Shown here: piece after piece, positions 61,006 through 64,000 of the stretch
How the letters are laid out: each line of letters starts with the position of its first letter
Numbering within the stretch: the stretch's first letter is position 1
Assembly: GCA_000708835.1 (NCBI GenBank)
Contig: DF237357.1
Location: 19,805 to 83,804, forward strand
Source: Klebsormidium nitens
Lineage: Eukaryota; Plantae; Klebsormidiophyceae
Length of the DNA: 64,000 nucleotides
Direction: 5' to 3'
Notes under the pieces: model-generated
The model's database searches: none
Told to the model about the DNA's origin: nothing
What the model saw: only the letters and a program-made list of their open reading frames with translations
Position numbers and translations under genes: made by a program

Positions 61006-62449
61006 GGAATGCGTGGAGTGACAGTGAGAACGAATTACTGCTGTCGAGTAGCATACATGAACAGAAGCGTGACGCCCGAGAGAATGTGGAAGCAATTAAG
61101 GGAGCTTGGAGTTGGGGAACGGATGCTCCAGACTGGTTTCGAAAAATCTGCAGTTACGAAGTTTAAGGCAGAGCAACCACGTGAAAACACTTCAACAGTG
61201 AAAGCGACATAATGAGTGACCAGGATTTGAGTAGGTGCGCAAGTCTCAGGATTTGGGCCTCCTAGCAATCAAGGTGAATAACGCGTTCAGACCGTAGTAC
61301 TGCGATCGGTCGATATCGATTTGTGCCGCAAATGGCTCAATCCCAACTTTCAGTGTTAAATCCATTCTCTCACGTACCCTCTCGTTGTAATCTGGATCCA
61401 GATTTCTTCATCAGCTCTCTCGTTATATCTCAAGCCGCGTGGCTGCCTTCAACCCCCGTTGACTTAATAATGGCACGCCAATCGTCGCTCCACGACGCGG
61501 CCAGAGCCCGCGATCCCGGCGCAAACTGAAAACTTCTTGCACGCGTAGCGTCTGCTCGCGGCTTGCATAAGGTTCGGCTTGCCCAACGCGCTTGCGTCGG
61601 TGCTCAGATTCTGTCGTCGCTCAAAGGCGGACCGCGCAATTCTGTACCGCCCGCAAATATTGTTCGTGAGATGCGGGCCACGTGTGTACGTCCTCCGCAG
61701 CAACCGCACGTCCCCGCCAAGCTCACCCACTTCGATCCGCCGCTTTTTGGCTGTCAAGTGGCTTCTCAGCATACTGATTCTGCTTGGCTTCAACAAAGGC
61801 GTCCAGTCAGAGCAGAACACCAGCCGGGCTGGCGCTAGGCGCTCTTCCTCGTCTTGGAAACTCTTCACTGCCAGCGGAACGGGTCGAGACCTTGCGTAAC
61901 ACTTTGGCTGAAGCTCGCGCAACAGAACGGGTGGGCGGGCGGAGAGTGGGTGACCAGGGCGCGCCGCAGCTAAACCCCCCGAGTCCTGACCGGAATGGCC
62001 TGCGGATTAGTGGAACGGATTGGCTGAGGTTTGTGCGCAACGGAAAGGCCTGGATGGCCCGCCGTGCAGCGAATGACCAATCGTGAGCGCTGCAGCAGCT
62101 AGATCGCGCGCTAGGAGCGGGCCCGGTGCCTTTAAATCCGGAAAGGAGGCCGTTAGCTAGGCTGACCCCAGCCGGTTGAGCGTCCGGTTGAGAACCCGTG
62201 GAACAGCGCGTGGCCAAAAGCTTTCATTAAAAGCAGCAACTCCTTAAAGACATCGGACCAAAATGGGGCGGCACGGCACAATCCGCTCCTCGTTACGAGT
62301 CGGCCCATCAGGACGTCTGGTGGAGGCCCCGGCCGGAGTGCAGCAACGCCAGCGGAATACATCGAGATCCTTTCTACCCCAACAAGGAGCGGAAGGATGG
62401 GCATGATAAGCGGCGGAAGAGCGGAATGGGTCGGCCGTAGAGCGCCGTC

Positions 62450-62682
62450 TTTGTTCCTCGGCGCTCGGCACGCGATCCCTGGGCGCTTTGATCGACGCGA
62501 TCCTCGGAGCACTCCCTATATTCTCTTAGGCGCTCAGCAGCGGCTATCGTAGGTGCTAATATCCCTTGGCGCTACGCTATTTGTCATCCCCGATGCTTTT
62601 CCCGGCGTTATCATCCTCGGCGCTCTCCTGGGGCGACATCCTCGGCCCTATCCTCGACGCTTCCCGGGGTGCGGGCCGAATT
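62450..62682 (+). promoter_or_regulatory. Cluster of TATCCTCGGCGCT-like motifs upstream of Cys-rich gene C
   Basis: About 12 near-copies ending in TATCCTCGACGCTTCCCGGGGTGCGGGCCG. The regulatory role is inferred. Confidence 0.5.
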
Positions 62683-63058
62683 TTCAATACGAGGCTCACC
62701 CAGAGATGGCCAATGAGGAGAAAGCTCCTTTTGCGACGGGACAGTCTCTCGTACTCTTTGCGCGCACTTCTTTCTACCATGTGTCAGCTTGGCAATGTCG
62801 CAACGGCTTACGGACTAGCTCGTTCCAGTGCAGCTAAGCTGGCTCAAGGCGGCTTGCAATGCATCGGTATAAAGGGCGTTGGGATGGAAAAAAGACTTCG
62901 AGCTTATCTCTCTTGGACGCAGTCTCTTCCCTCTCAAAAAGATAGGCAGACGGAGGGACACTTCAAAAAGGAACCTGTCAAGGCGTGAAAAGGTAGCAGC
63001 GCGTGACTCTTTTCAGGCAGGTCTCGGCAATAGTACATCTCAATCAGCGGAAGTGACT

Positions 63059-63827
63059 ATGGCAGGGGCGGTTCCGGTGCCCACTTTGGTGGGAATGCTT
63101 CTGGCACTGCTGACCTTGCTGGGGGCCGTGCGGGGGGCGTCTGCGCAGTATGCCTGTAAGTAATCCACTTTTCAGGGGGAGGGCAATTTGAGACTGTACT
63201 GAAGGCCAGAGATGCGTGGAAGGTGCAATATCTTGATCGTTTCGATCATGCGGATGCTTGCAAAGGTCAATTTGCTGCCTGTGCACGTATCAATACTATA
63301 TACAGGTGTCCTTTTTTCTCAAGGTGTTCAAAAAAATAAACTTCCCAACCCTGCTTTTTCCGAAGTCTGGCAAATCCTACTATCAGCTTAAGATCATCGA
63401 AAGGTCCAGGATTGTCTTAGATTCTCCATATTGTCATGAAACCTGTCCCACAGTGAGCTAATATTAATTCCATTTGGGAGAAGGATCACGATTGACCGAA
63501 GTGATCTGACGCAGTGCTGAACACGCTAGACTGATGTGATTCAACATCCCATAATGTTATGCGGCGCTCTATAATATCTGAGGATCCTTAAAGTCCAATC
63601 TCACGCGTCCACTGCTGATCATGAACATCTTCTTGCGTTTTCCCCTTCTTCATTCCAGCCGTCGGAGGGTGCCCGTCCACGTCCCTAAACCCGGCTTTCC
63701 CTCTCCTCACGGTTGTGTGCTCCTTCGGAACACGTCTGAGTTTCTACGAATGTAGCTACGACGCAAACGGGGATGTTCTTACCGGTGAAACATATCCGGC
63801 GTGCCCAATATCGGTAGATCCAACAGG
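63059..63827 (+). CDS. Secreted Cys-rich modular protein, paralog C, 5' portion (continues beyond the window end)
   Basis: Exon 63059-63155 (MAGAVPVPTLVGMLLALLTLLGAVRGASAQYA) and phase-1 exon 63658-63827 (VGGCPSTSLNPAFPLLTVVCSFGTRLSFYECSYDANGDVLTGETYPACPISVDPTG) are homologous to the first two exons of gene B. Confidence 0.85.
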
Positions 63828-64000
63828 TAGGGGTTTTTGAGTAGCGAAGACCACTTTTGCAACTCGCTCTGTCCTCTAAGCACTGGCAGGCAGAAGTGCA
63901 ATAGCGTCACCGTGACAACAACTTCTTTTGTTCATTGATGCAACGAAACAAGTATAAGAGTCAGTCCAAGAGGTCTACATTATCAAGCTGTTCGTTCCTC

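Overview
Intron-rich eukaryotic nuclear DNA with GT-AG introns and roughly balanced GC. It is most consistent with an early-diverging streptophyte alga such as Klebsormidium; this is inferred from plant-type AHK1 and SPP genes sitting beside an algal/fungal/bacterial-type PhoD. Genes in order: the 5' part of a secreted PhoD alkaline phosphatase (minus, runs off the window start); a divergently transcribed secreted Dcr2/PAP14-16-28-29-type metallophosphoesterase (plus, 9 coding exons); a family-61 glycosyltransferase (minus, 3 exons); an AHK1-like membrane hybrid histidine kinase (minus, about 13.7 kb); a chloroplast stromal processing peptidase (plus, about 15 kb); and a tandem array of at least three paralogous secreted Cys/Pro-rich modular proteins of no family I recognise (the third runs off the window end). 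Two patterns stand out. (1) Exon-intron junctions are repeatedly duplicated in tandem inside introns: 8 arrays in 4 unrelated genes, leaving diverged decoy donors or acceptors next to the real one. (2) The Cys-rich family is built from phase-1 symmetric exons with hypervariable 4-Cys modules, a conserved 10-Cys C-terminal domain, and an array of a TATCCTCGGCGCT motif upstream of each copy. Two related MITE-like elements with telomere-like G-rich cores are also present. No rRNA, tRNA or CRISPR array was seen. All gene models were assembled by eye, and family assignments come from remembered motifs, not database searches.
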